Source: Hormoscilla sp.
GTDB taxonomy: Bacteria > Cyanobacteriota > Cyanobacteriia > Cyanobacteriales > Desertifilaceae
DNA: 24,843 bases
Assembly: GCA_051439505.1 (NCBI GenBank)
Contig: JBFRWI010000027.1
Span: forward strand, 1 to 24,843
Reading direction: 5' to 3'
Under the pieces are notes generated by a model that had not been told where the DNA came from, did no database searches, and saw nothing but the letters and a program-made list of their open reading frames with translations. The position numbers and the translations under genes were made by a program. Shown here one piece after another: positions 1 through 7,674 of the stretch (the first letter of the stretch is position 1; every line of letters starts with the position of its first letter).

Positions 1-231
1 GACTATAAATGACGCTCTCAATTAACCATTGACAATAGCGCTCCTGCACGCTCCGGGCCCCCTCCGCTGCGCGACTTCGTCCTCTGCAATTAGCAGACCT
101 CATCATCCCGTCGTTGTGCAACGCCAATTATTTTAGTAAATTGTCCGCAGCTTTCATTGAACATATGATTTTAAGAGAGCAAATCAAAAATTCCCAATTA
201 GCGATCGCAGGCAATCAATCATTGTTAATTG

Positions 232-757
232 TTAATTTGTTCGTGTCACTAATCTTGAATTAGCCGTTACGATCGTCAAATCATCTCCCTTAAAATCTGC
301 ATCGTGAGTCACAAATTTCAGCCCCTTCGCCTTGCACAATTCAGCCAATAATTAAAATCAGCATTTCCTCCTGCATAATCTACCACGATCGCATCCAAAT
401 CCACTGATTCAAAACCCCCAGTATCCTCCGAGAAAATTTGGCAATTTTTTGAGCAACTGGCTGGAACTCATTACTATTGCGAAAACTCTTAAAGTCCGCT
501 GGTCTAGTTGCTTGTGGCAATTTATTGTAAGCGAGTCGAGAGTAAGTATTAATAAATTCAGAAAGCACGAGCACGTCTATAAATATTCTAGCTTTCACAC
601 TGCGAATCCGTCTAAATGCTAATGAGTATATACTTTTGTACCGCCGAGATGAATTTACCTCTGGTCCATAAATATACAGCCAGATATTCCCATCAAACAG
701 CAGCGCATCAGTTGCGCTAAATTGGTACCGATCGATCCGGTATACTTGCGTATTCAT
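232..757 (-). pseudogene. PIN-domain nuclease/toxin, disrupted by two frameshifts
   Basis: The N-terminus has a PIN-like acidic motif (LLFDGNIWLY...VLSEFIN). The ORF stops at 380, but PIN-like sequence continues in a second frame from ~416 (GFESVDLDAIVVDYAGGNADFN) and a third frame from ~352 (LLAELCKAKGLKFVTHDADFKGDDLTIVTANSRL..., TAA at 232-234). The start overlaps the upstream stop (ATGA, 754-757). Confidence 0.8.
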
Positions 758-1143
758 AGATAGTCTGGTCCCAGCACTTCCAGCGTAGCATATGTGAATT
801 TCAGCGGGTCTTCTAAATACTCCTTTGTATCTGCAACTACATCAGCAATCATATCCGCATCTTCCGGCTGAATATCTATTATTTTCAGGGATGCTGCGAT
901 CAGATCTTCAGGAAACCAGTGGTACGATTGACCGATCGCCTGACTGAGGAAAGCTGGAGTAATATCTTCACAATTGAGGAAAGAAAGAAATACGTTCTTG
1001 TCTTTCCTCAAGGCCACTGCAATCTGTTCGTACAATTTCTGACCATCTTCACAGGCGATACATAAGCTGTCTCCAATCACTTCAGTTATGACAATCGTGA
1101 CTGCATTCTCAATTTTGGGATCGGAGTAACTTAAAACATTCAT
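754..1143 (-). CDS. STAS-like domain protein (DUF4325-like)
   Basis: 129-aa ORF with pattern 'CIACEDGQKLYEQIAVAL...VFLSFLNCEDITPAFLSQAIGQ', typical of stand-alone STAS-like/DUF4325 proteins. Translationally coupled to the PIN gene. Confidence 0.75.
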   Translation of the reverse strand: MNVLSYSDPKIENAVTIVITEVIGDSLCIACEDGQKLYEQIAVALRKDKNVFLSFLNCEDITPAFLSQAIGQSYHWFPEDLIAASLKIIDIQPEDADMIADVVADTKEYLEDPLKFTYATLEVLGPDYL

Positions 1144-1184
1144 GATTGAGTGAGAGTAATTTTACCTGATCAATATCCCGCAGG

Positions 1185-2093
1185 TTATTTATATTTTCTA
1201 GCTGCCTCGCAGTCTGCTAAAATCTGAGCCTTGAGATCGTCGAGAGAAGCAAATTTTTGTTCCGGTCGCATAAATTCTTCCAGACTCACCGTCAAAGTCT
1301 GTCCGTACAAATCCCCGGACCAATCTAAAATATGTACCTCTACAGTTCGATCTCGGCCATCTACCGTGGGGCGTTTTCCCAGGTTCATCACCCCTAACAT
1401 CGGACTGGCGATCGCCTCACAGGAAACCCGTACCCTGTAAACACCTTGTCTGGGTAAAAACTTTTCGGGAGGTAACTTCAAGTTAGCAGTAGGAAACCCG
1501 ATCGTTCTCCCTAACTGCGCCCCTTTCTGGACAACTCCCACCAGACTATAGGGCCGTCCCAAAAGTCTGTTTGCCTGGTTCAGTTCGCCATTCTCTAATG
1601 CTTTGCGGATCAGCGAGGAACTGATCCTACCTTCCACGCAGGTTTGTAACGGCACGATCGCCACCTGGACCCCAAAACCCGAGGCGAGATCCTGCAAATC
1701 ACTTGCCGTTCCTCCACGCTGAGAACCAAAGCGAAAATCTGCTCCCACCGTCACCAGCTTTGCTTGCAACTGCTGCACTATAATTTTAGCTACGAACTCC
1801 GAGGCACTCAACTGGGCCAGATCGCGATTAAAAGGCAACAGTACCATCTGTGCCACCCCCAGAACCTCCATCTGTTGCGCCTTTTCCGCCATGGGTGTCA
1901 GCAACAAACGGGGTTTACCCGTAAAGAACTCTTGAGGATGGGGATCGAATGTGACCACTGTTGCGCATACTGACTCCGCCACCTGAAAGATGGGGTTAAT
2001 TACCTGCCGATGCCCTCTATGGACGCCATCAAAATTTCCTAGGGCGATCGCCGTTGGTTTTATAGCATTAGTTAGCGATTTTGTCAAGCACAC
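1185..2093 (-). CDS. ribF: Bifunctional riboflavin kinase / FAD synthetase
   Basis: Motifs ALGNFDGVHRGH, VGADFRFG, ISSSLIR, GRTIGFPTAN and EVHILDWSGDLYG. GTG start. Confidence 0.97.
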   Translation of the reverse strand: MCLTKSLTNAIKPTAIALGNFDGVHRGHRQVINPIFQVAESVCATVVTFDPHPQEFFTGKPRLLLTPMAEKAQQMEVLGVAQMVLLPFNRDLAQLSASEFVAKIIVQQLQAKLVTVGADFRFGSQRGGTASDLQDLASGFGVQVAIVPLQTCVEGRISSSLIRKALENGELNQANRLLGRPYSLVGVVQKGAQLGRTIGFPTANLKLPPEKFLPRQGVYRVRVSCEAIASPMLGVMNLGKRPTVDGRDRTVEVHILDWSGDLYGQTLTVSLEEFMRPEQKFASLDDLKAQILADCEAARKYK

Positions 2094-2174
2094 TCTTACA
2101 CAAACTGTCCCTTATCACCTAACTAACAACTATAACCTTACTTTTGTAGAAATCTTTTCTGTTTCTATCTGTTT

Positions 2175-3053
2175 CTATGGGTTGGGACCGTCATTTGCTG
2201 GCAGTGTCGCCAGAGGTATTGATAACCCTTCCCTGGCCATCATACTGCCAGGAAACTCTTGAGCCACCTGTTCCCCAACCCGATCGAGAAATTCATCATT
2301 ATGTAGGGGGTCGTGGTGGAAGATCACCAATTTTTTCACCTTTGCTGCCTTTGCCACCTTCACCGCTTCTTCCCAAGTCGAGTGTCCCCAGCCCACCTTG
2401 CTCGATCTCGGTGAGTGGTATTCTTCATTCGTGTAGGTTGCATCATAGATCAGGACATCTGCATTTCGAGCCAGCCACAACACATTTTCATCCATCCGGT
2501 CTGGGAAATGCTCTGTATCCGTGATATATGCAGCTGCATGACCTCGCCAGTTTACCCGGTAGCCCACTGCTTCTCCTGGATGGTTCAGCAGGGCATTTTC
2601 CACCTTGATCTCTCCAATTTTCACCGGTTTCCCAATCTTGAGATTATAGAATTTCAGGTCCGCGCCCATAACCTGCAAGGGAACCGGGAAATTGGGGTGA
2701 AGCATTTGGTCGTTCAGCCGTTGCTTGATCGTCGAGCCATTGGGAGCCACCGATCCGTGGATGTGGAAGCGGTTTCCCGGAATGAAGGCCGGGACAAAGA
2801 ACGGGAAGCCCTGGATATGGTCCCAGTGGGAGTGGGTAAAAAACAGATAGGCTTCTACAGGCAATTGCGATAACAGGGTTTGTCCCAAAACTCGCAGGCC
2901 CGTACCGCCATCGAATATTAGGCGCGAGCCTCCCACCCGCATTTCTACACAGGAAGTATTGCCGCCATAGCGGACTGTTTCCGATCCCGGACAGGCGATA
3001 CTTCCTCGAACTCCCCAAAAGTGTACTGTGAATTGGTTTTGCGTCTCTGACAT
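2175..3053 (-). CDS. MBL-fold metallo-hydrolase (RNase Z/phosphodiesterase-like)
   Basis: FWGVRGSIA...YGGNTSC N-terminus, THSHWDHIQG metal-binding motif, GWGHS and FHHDP. Confidence 0.92.
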   Translation of the reverse strand: MSETQNQFTVHFWGVRGSIACPGSETVRYGGNTSCVEMRVGGSRLIFDGGTGLRVLGQTLLSQLPVEAYLFFTHSHWDHIQGFPFFVPAFIPGNRFHIHGSVAPNGSTIKQRLNDQMLHPNFPVPLQVMGADLKFYNLKIGKPVKIGEIKVENALLNHPGEAVGYRVNWRGHAAAYITDTEHFPDRMDENVLWLARNADVLIYDATYTNEEYHSPRSSKVGWGHSTWEEAVKVAKAAKVKKLVIFHHDPLHNDEFLDRVGEQVAQEFPGSMMAREGLSIPLATLPANDGPNP

Positions 3054-3320
3054 GGGTGTTTTTCCCGGATTCCACTAACTCTACCGAGTGCATGAGGCGA
3101 ACTGCCTGTTTTCTTCTTAGCCTAACCTGACCTGTTACGCTTTTGGCAATGGTTCTCCCACCAAATGCCACTTGAGGGGCCCCTCTTTATCTTTTTTTAA
3201 CATCTTCACCGTTCGCATAGCAGCGGCGCAGATGCATCGTGCTACCCCCAAACCCTGGCACTGTCATGCCGAACGCCATCCTCCTGCTCCGGTTATCGCC
3301 GGTGGAAATCCCTCTGATTT

Positions 3321-4130
3321 TCACCGGCGATGCGGCGGGAAACTTGAATGCCATTTTTGCAAGCACTCGATGTCCCCAAAGCTGGTTAGATTATACTGCA
3401 AAGGCGTCACGCTGATGTAATTGGCACTAATTGCCTGTACATCTGTTGGGAGTTCCTCTGATTCTATACTATATTTTGTTTGCTCGGGATCTGACAATGG
3501 TTGACCTGCTAACCAATAATATGTCTTGCCCCTGGGATCGGTACGTTTCTGAAACACCTCCTCATAGCGACGCACCCCTTGACGAGTAATTGCCACTCCT
3601 GCTATTTCTGAAGAGGTAACTGCTGGCACATTTACATTTAGCAGCATTTTTAATTTTTTCCCTTCTGCTGCTAACTGAGCTAGCATTGCCTCTGCAAAAC
3701 TGGCTGCAATTGTAAAATCAGCAGAAGCAAAGCTTGTCAGACTCAAGGCGATGCTGTCTATGCCCAACATTAAGCCCTCCATCGCAGCTGATACCGTACC
3801 TGAGTAGAATATATCTGTGCCTAAATTGGCACCTTGGTTAATTCCAGATAGTACATAATCCGGGGGCGACTCTATTAATACCTCTAGTCCTAGTTTCACG
3901 CAATCGCAGGGAGTTCCTGTACTTGCCCAAGCTTTGATTCCCGGGTGAAAAATATCATACACTCGTTTTACACGAATCGGTTTGTCTAGTGTCAGACTGT
4001 GACCAGTCCCAGACCGTTCGCGATCGGGGCAAACCACCGTCACCTCATGACCGGCTGCTGCCAGTGTATTAGCCAGACTGCGCACCCCTAGTGCCAATAT
4101 CCCATCATCATTACTAATTAACAGTTTCAT
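3321..4130 (-). CDS. surE: 5'/3'-nucleotidase SurE
   Basis: Motifs LLISNDDG, SGTGHSLT, GTPCDCV, SGINQGANLG, YSGTVSAAMEG and ISVTPL. Confidence 0.97.
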   Translation of the reverse strand: MKLLISNDDGILALGVRSLANTLAAAGHEVTVVCPDRERSGTGHSLTLDKPIRVKRVYDIFHPGIKAWASTGTPCDCVKLGLEVLIESPPDYVLSGINQGANLGTDIFYSGTVSAAMEGLMLGIDSIALSLTSFASADFTIAASFAEAMLAQLAAEGKKLKMLLNVNVPAVTSSEIAGVAITRQGVRRYEEVFQKRTDPRGKTYYWLAGQPLSDPEQTKYSIESEELPTDVQAISANYISVTPLQYNLTSFGDIECLQKWHSSFPPHRR

Positions 4131-4139
4131 CTACTGTCC

Positions 4140-4265
4140 TTTGTCAGTGGTTAGTTGTCAGTTGTCAGTTGTCAGTGGTTAGTGGTTAGTTGTCAGTGGT
4201 TAGTTGTCAGTTGTCAGTGGTTAGTTGTCAGTTGACAGTGGTTAGTGGTTAGTTGTCAGTTGTCA
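4140..4265. repeat. Heptamer tandem array (STRR-like) of 18 units, mainly GTTGTCA and GTGGTTA
   Basis: Direct reading gives 18 in-register 7-mers immediately upstream of the surE start codon. Confidence 0.95.
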
Positions 4266-4385
4266 GTAGAGGAGAATTGCTCAGTCGCGATCTCGACCAT
4301 CACCGGTGCGATCGCCTCTATTTCTCGGTAACATCCTTACATTGTTATAAGCTATTATAGGTTCATTTCCCACAAATCAGCTTAA

Positions 4386-4730
4386 ATGGCCCAGTTACCA
4401 GAAGAAATCACCAGAACTGTTTTCAGCTTGCAGCAGCGGCTGCTAGCAATTATCAATGAAGCCAATTCGACTGGATATACTATACTCGAACAGTATGGTG
4501 AGACCGATGCGGCAATTATTGACTTCGATCTCCTCCAGAATACGAGAGATCGGGCCCAAACCTATTACTCTCGCTTTTCGACACTTCTGCTGCGGATTGC
4601 CGAATCCTATCCCAGTGCTTCACCTGCCATGCTAGAATTACTAGCACAATCTATAGTAGAAGCACAAGCTGTTGTCCCTGCTTCAGCTGCTACTATCGAA
4701 GAAGCTAAAAGAGATTGGAACCTGTCATGA
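4386..4730 (+). CDS. Hypothetical protein (predicted all-helical)
   Basis: 114-aa ORF with ATG start. Its stop overlaps the next start (ATGA, 4727-4730). Confidence 0.75.
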   Translation: MAQLPEEITRTVFSLQQRLLAIINEANSTGYTILEQYGETDAAIIDFDLLQNTRDRAQTYYSRFSTLLLRIAESYPSASPAMLELLAQSIVEAQAVVPASAATIEEAKRDWNLS

Positions 4731-4975
4731 CTCATAAACCACCACCTAGCTTAGAAAAAGTTCAGCAAAGAGCCGCCAAAATGGAGGAAATTAACCAACG
4801 ATGGGATGCTCTAATTGTAGTGGCTGACTACATAATTGCTGAATTAGAGGCAGATATTCGCAAGCACCCTCTACACCGTTACAGGTTGTCAAGAGCAATG
4901 CAGAAGCTAAATCTGTCACCTGAAAAAATGTTAACATCATCAGGGACGATCGCCGCTCCTGAGAGTGGAAGCTAA
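4727..4975 (+). CDS. Hypothetical protein
   Basis: ATG at 4727 is coupled to the upstream TGA. 82 aa (MTHKPPP...), with coiled-coil-like character. Confidence 0.65.
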   Translation: MTHKPPPSLEKVQQRAAKMEEINQRWDALIVVADYIIAELEADIRKHPLHRYRLSRAMQKLNLSPEKMLTSSGTIAAPESGS

Positions 4976-4991
4976 ATAAAAAATAAAATCT

Positions 4992-5363
4992 TCAGAGCTT
5001 CAAATCTAAAGGTAAACAAAAATCATGCACGCCAGTTTTCACTACATATAGCAGGACAGGAGTTGCCAAAAGAACTGGACAAACTGCTGTCTCGATGAAA
5101 TGTCCCATTGCCTGGGCTAACCTGCCATTTGATAAATCGGCTTTCATTTCCTCTTGACAAATTGTAACGCGATATCTCTTGGCTAACCCGTCTAACCAAT
5201 CAATTCTATCAGGTTGAAGTCCGGCCTGAATTCCCAAGGATGTCGCCGCGTCTTCTAAGTCTCCCTCACAGTCTTCGATCGCGTCAAGTGCTACCAGGGC
5301 TTCTGGATATGCTGCCAAGGCGGACCGATATCGGGCAATTTCTTGTGATGAAATTATAGTCAT
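4992..5363 (-). CDS. Hypothetical protein (cyanobacterial-type)
   Basis: 123-aa ORF with pattern 'ALDAIEDCEGDLEDAA...LATPVLLYVVKTGVHDFC', recognised from small cyanobacterial hypothetical proteins. Confidence 0.75.
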   Translation of the reverse strand: MTIISSQEIARYRSALAAYPEALVALDAIEDCEGDLEDAATSLGIQAGLQPDRIDWLDGLAKRYRVTICQEEMKADLSNGRLAQAMGHFIETAVCPVLLATPVLLYVVKTGVHDFCLPLDLKL

Positions 5364-5487
5364 GGTCAGATTATAGCGGACCGCAGCCGCACGATCCAGA
5401 GGTCCGAGACGATTTTAGATATCCTGGTGCCCTGCAAATCGCGCTAAACTCAGCATAAATGATAACGTAGCTTATTCCACCCCCAGC

Positions 5488-6489
5488 ATGACTACTGAGC
5501 TGAGCGAGATTGAGACAAAATTGGCAAGCCTCCGACAAGCAGCAACGGATGCGATCGCCTCTATTGACGGCCTAGAGGGCCTAGAAGAATTGAGAGTCAG
5601 CTATCTGGGCAAAAAGGGTCAGATATCGAAAATTCTGGGTGGCATGGGTAAACTCGATCCAGCCGATCGCCCCCGCCTGGGTGCTGCGGCCAACGAGGTC
5701 AAAACCGCCCTGCAAAGCCAACTGGATAGTAAGCGGGAAGCCCTGCAACAAGCACAGATCCAAGCCCAGTTGGAAGCGGAAACCCTGGATGTGACTATGC
5801 CAGGAGTATATCACAGCCTGGGTCGCATTCACCCCCTCAACAGCACCTTCGACCAAGTGGTCGATATCTTCGTGGGGCTGGGTTACACCGTAGCCGTGGG
5901 GCCAGAAATGGAAACGGACTATTACAATTTTGAAGCCCTGAATACCCCACCGGACCACCCGGCCCGGGACATGCAGGATACTTTCTATCTACCGGATGGA
6001 AATCTCCTGCGCACCCATACCTCTTCGGTGCAAATTCGCTATATGGAAGACAACGAACCACCGGTGCGCATTGTGGCCCCCGGTCGCTGCTACCGTCGCG
6101 ATACCGTAGATGCTACCCACGCTGCGGTCTTCCATCAAATGGAACTGCTGGCAGTGGATGAAGGGCTGACTTTTACCGACCTGAAAGGGACGATCGCAGA
6201 ATTTATTCACCAGATGTTTGGCGAAGTCAAGATTCGTTTCCGTGCCAGTTACTTTCCCTTCACCGAACCCAGTGCCGAAGTGGACGTAGAATGGAAAGGT
6301 CGTTGGTTGGAGGTGCTGGGCTGTGGTATGGTTGACCCCAATGTCTTGAAAGCTGTGGGATACGACCCGGAAGTTTACACCGGCTTTGCTGCTGGCTTTG
6401 GCATCGAACGCTTCGCCATGGTCCTGCATCAGATCGATGATATTCGCCGTTTCTACAGCAGCGACCTGCGTTTCTTGCAGCAGTTCTAA
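5488..6489 (+). CDS. pheS: Phenylalanyl-tRNA synthetase alpha subunit
   Basis: Motifs [52 protein letters not shown] and [13 protein letters not shown]. Confidence 0.99.
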   Translation: MTTELSEIETKLASLRQAATDAIASIDGLEGLEELRVSYLGKKGQISKILGGMGKLDPADRPRLGAAANEVKTALQSQLDSKREALQQAQIQAQLEAETLDVTMPGVYHSLGRIHPLNSTFDQVVDIFVGLGYTVAVGPEMETDYYNFEALNTPPDHPARDMQDTFYLPDGNLLRTHTSSVQIRYMEDNEPPVRIVAPGRCYRRDTVDATHAAVFHQMELLAVDEGLTFTDLKGTIAEFIHQMFGEVKIRFRASYFPFTEPSAEVDVEWKGRWLEVLGCGMVDPNVLKAVGYDPEVYTGFAAGFGIERFAMVLHQIDDIRRFYSSDLRFLQQF

Positions 6490-6503
6490 CTATTCTGATT
6501 TGC

Positions 6504-6599
6504 GTAGGGCACCGTTGGATGATTCAGTCCGTGCGTGGGTTGAGGCATCATCAGCATCCGACAGCACGGAGGACTGCATCCGAGAACCCACCACCGGTG
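6504..6599. other. Structured palindromic element (REP-derived, pseudoknot-capable; candidate ncRNA)
   Basis: Starts with GTAG. Possible pairings: CACCG(6510-14)/CGGTG(6595-99), GGATG(6517-21)/CATCC(6577-81), CAGTCC(6525-30)/GGACTG(6571-76), GTGC(6531-34)/GCAC(6564-67), and crossing GTGGGTT(6535-41)/AACCCAC(6585-91). Confidence 0.5.
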
Positions 6600-6785
6600 A
6601 GTAGGCGGAGGGGCTGTTCGAGAAAGTTAAGCAAAATTTCCTCTTCAATGTCAGAAAAAGCGATCGGGAAACGTCATATAAGTGTAAGATAAATGATAGT
6701 GGTCAATCCGGTAGTGATTTAACTACTTGTAACCCACTATCTCACCAGCAAAGCAGTCTACCTGGAAAAGGAGAGATGACGCAAG

Positions 6786-7145
6786 ATGACTAAAAAGAAA
6801 GGATTCGCGGCAGTAGCAGCCGTCTTCTGTGCCCTGTTCGCCTTCCTGTGCGTGACACTAGGAAGCGTAGCGCCCGCCCAAGCCCAACCGGGGTTTCTGG
6901 TGTTTGAAGCTCCTTACTGCCAGGGAGCGCCCCATGTCGATCCGGTTCCCTGCGAGCATCCAAATGACCTTTCCTTCGTAAATCCAGCGACGGGAGTATG
7001 CGAAGTTTGCCCACTGAATTTTGCGGTGTTTGCATATCCTGACTGCCAGGGACCTCCCCATTACGATATGCCGGCGTGCGATCATCCAGTGGACCAGTCC
7101 TTCATGCTTCCAACGGGAGAATGCTTTGTGTGCCCGCAAAATTAG
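6786..7145 (+). CDS. Secreted small Cys/His-rich protein with two ~42-aa internal repeats
   Basis: AGGAG upstream. Signal peptide MTKKK-hydrophobic-AQA|Q. Repeats aa 37-78 and 79-119 each carry 4 Cys and 2 His at identical positions. Confidence 0.85.
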   Translation: MTKKKGFAAVAAVFCALFAFLCVTLGSVAPAQAQPGFLVFEAPYCQGAPHVDPVPCEHPNDLSFVNPATGVCEVCPLNFAVFAYPDCQGPPHYDMPACDHPVDQSFMLPTGECFVCPQN

Positions 7146-7246
7146 AGAAAGAAAGGGAGAGGTGCCACAAAGGGAGGAAATGAGCCGAAGCCTGTAGGTT
7201 CGTCCTACTCCTTCCAAGGCACTCTACTTCTAAGCGATCTCAACTA

Positions 7247-7291
7247 ACGGCGAGTCCTATTGACGAATGGGACTCGCCGTCGCACTTTTTT
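7247..7291 (+). terminator. Putative intrinsic terminator
   Basis: 15-bp stem ACGGCGAGTCCTATT/AATGGGACTCGCCGT (one G-U pair), GACG loop, then T6 at 7286-7291 after a 5-nt gap. Confidence 0.55.
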
Positions 7292-7301
7292 CAAGCCCAT
7301 C

Positions 7302-7358
7302 AATACCCCACCGGACCACCCAGCCCGGGACATGCAGGATACTTTCTATTTATCGGAT
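7302..7358 (+). pseudogene. 57-bp duplicated internal fragment of pheS (copy of 5941-5997)
   Basis: 54/57 nt identical to pheS 5941-5997. Translates to [19 protein letters not shown] versus [19 protein letters not shown] in pheS. Confidence 0.93.
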
Positions 7359-7390
7359 CGATGTTATCCTCGGTTGGGTGGGCACGCTCC

Positions 7391-7614
7391 CAATACTTCT
7401 CGGTTAAGCACAATGACGGGAATATTTGTCATTGCGAGGGGGGGACTTCGCGATTAACTTCTGCACCAATGAGCATTAACCCCCCCCCGAAGCAATCCCC
7501 CGCCCAGTTGTGAGATTGCTTCGGGGGGGATTGATCGCGAAGAGCCCGCTCCGAGATCAGTTTGGGTATCCCCCCCCTCGCAATGACAGGTTGTTCATTA
7601 ACCGAGAAGTATTG
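7391..7614. mobile_element. MITE (224 bp) with 17-bp perfect terminal inverted repeats and a 10-bp target-site duplication
   Basis: TIRs CAATACTTCTCGGTTAA (7391-7407) and TTAACCGAGAAGTATTG (7598-7614). Direct repeats GGCACGCTCC at 7381-7390 and 7615-7624. No transposase ORF. Confidence 0.88.
7427..7588. repeat. Palindromic TGTCATTGCGAG...GAAGCAATC...GATTGCTTC...CTCGCAATGACA element nested in the MITE
   Basis: Outer IR TGTCATTGCGAGGGGGGG/CCCCCCCTCGCAATGACA. Inner IRs TTCGCGATTAA/TTGATCGCGAA and CCCCCCCGAAGCAATC/GATTGCTTCGGGGGGG. Confidence 0.8.
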
Positions 7615-7674
7615 GGCACGCTCCGGGACCCCTACGCTGCCCGACCGGTGCAAAAATATTATTTCCAATTCACC

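Noticed and set aside
100..126. Possible orphan MITE/IS end (TGGCGTTGCACAACGACGGGATGA on the minus strand); similarly TTTTGTTCGCCTACTTA near 16677-16693
   Set aside because: They resemble repeat termini, but no partner end or duplication is visible in the window, so they cannot be supported.
6500..6600. Hammerhead or HDV ribozyme, or fluoride, guanidine-I or ZTP riboswitch
   Set aside because: The minus strand has CTGATGA but no GAAA after stem II, and the HDV P1/P1.1 order is not met. Only fragments of the riboswitch consensus motifs match, so no named RNA is called.
6786..7145. RiPP precursor (lanthipeptide, cyanobactin or microviridin)
   Set aside because: It has a Sec-type signal rather than a known leader, and there are no modifying enzymes nearby.
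7247..7285. Group II intron 5' end (GTGCGACG on the minus strand; also GTGCG at 6531 on the plus strand)
   Set aside because: No domain V/VI or intron-encoded RT was found. The sequence is explained by the terminator-like hairpin.
6611..7298. IS-like inverted ends (GGGCTGTTCGAGAAAGT / ACTTTTTTCAAGCCC) around the Cys-rich gene
   Set aside because: Only about 12 of 17 positions match and a gap is needed. There is no target duplication, and the right part is also explained by pheS similarity.
7302..7358. pheS copy as a DGR template repeat (TR/VR pair)
   Set aside because: The three mismatches are not adenine-specific on one strand (one A/G, two T/C), there is no reverse transcriptase in the window, and the target is a conserved catalytic motif.
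7260..7674. ORFs 7260-7457, 7429-7668 and the 7510-7674 extension of the MNT ORF
   Set aside because: They read through the terminator, the pheS fragment and the MITE palindromes, so they are chance ORFs.
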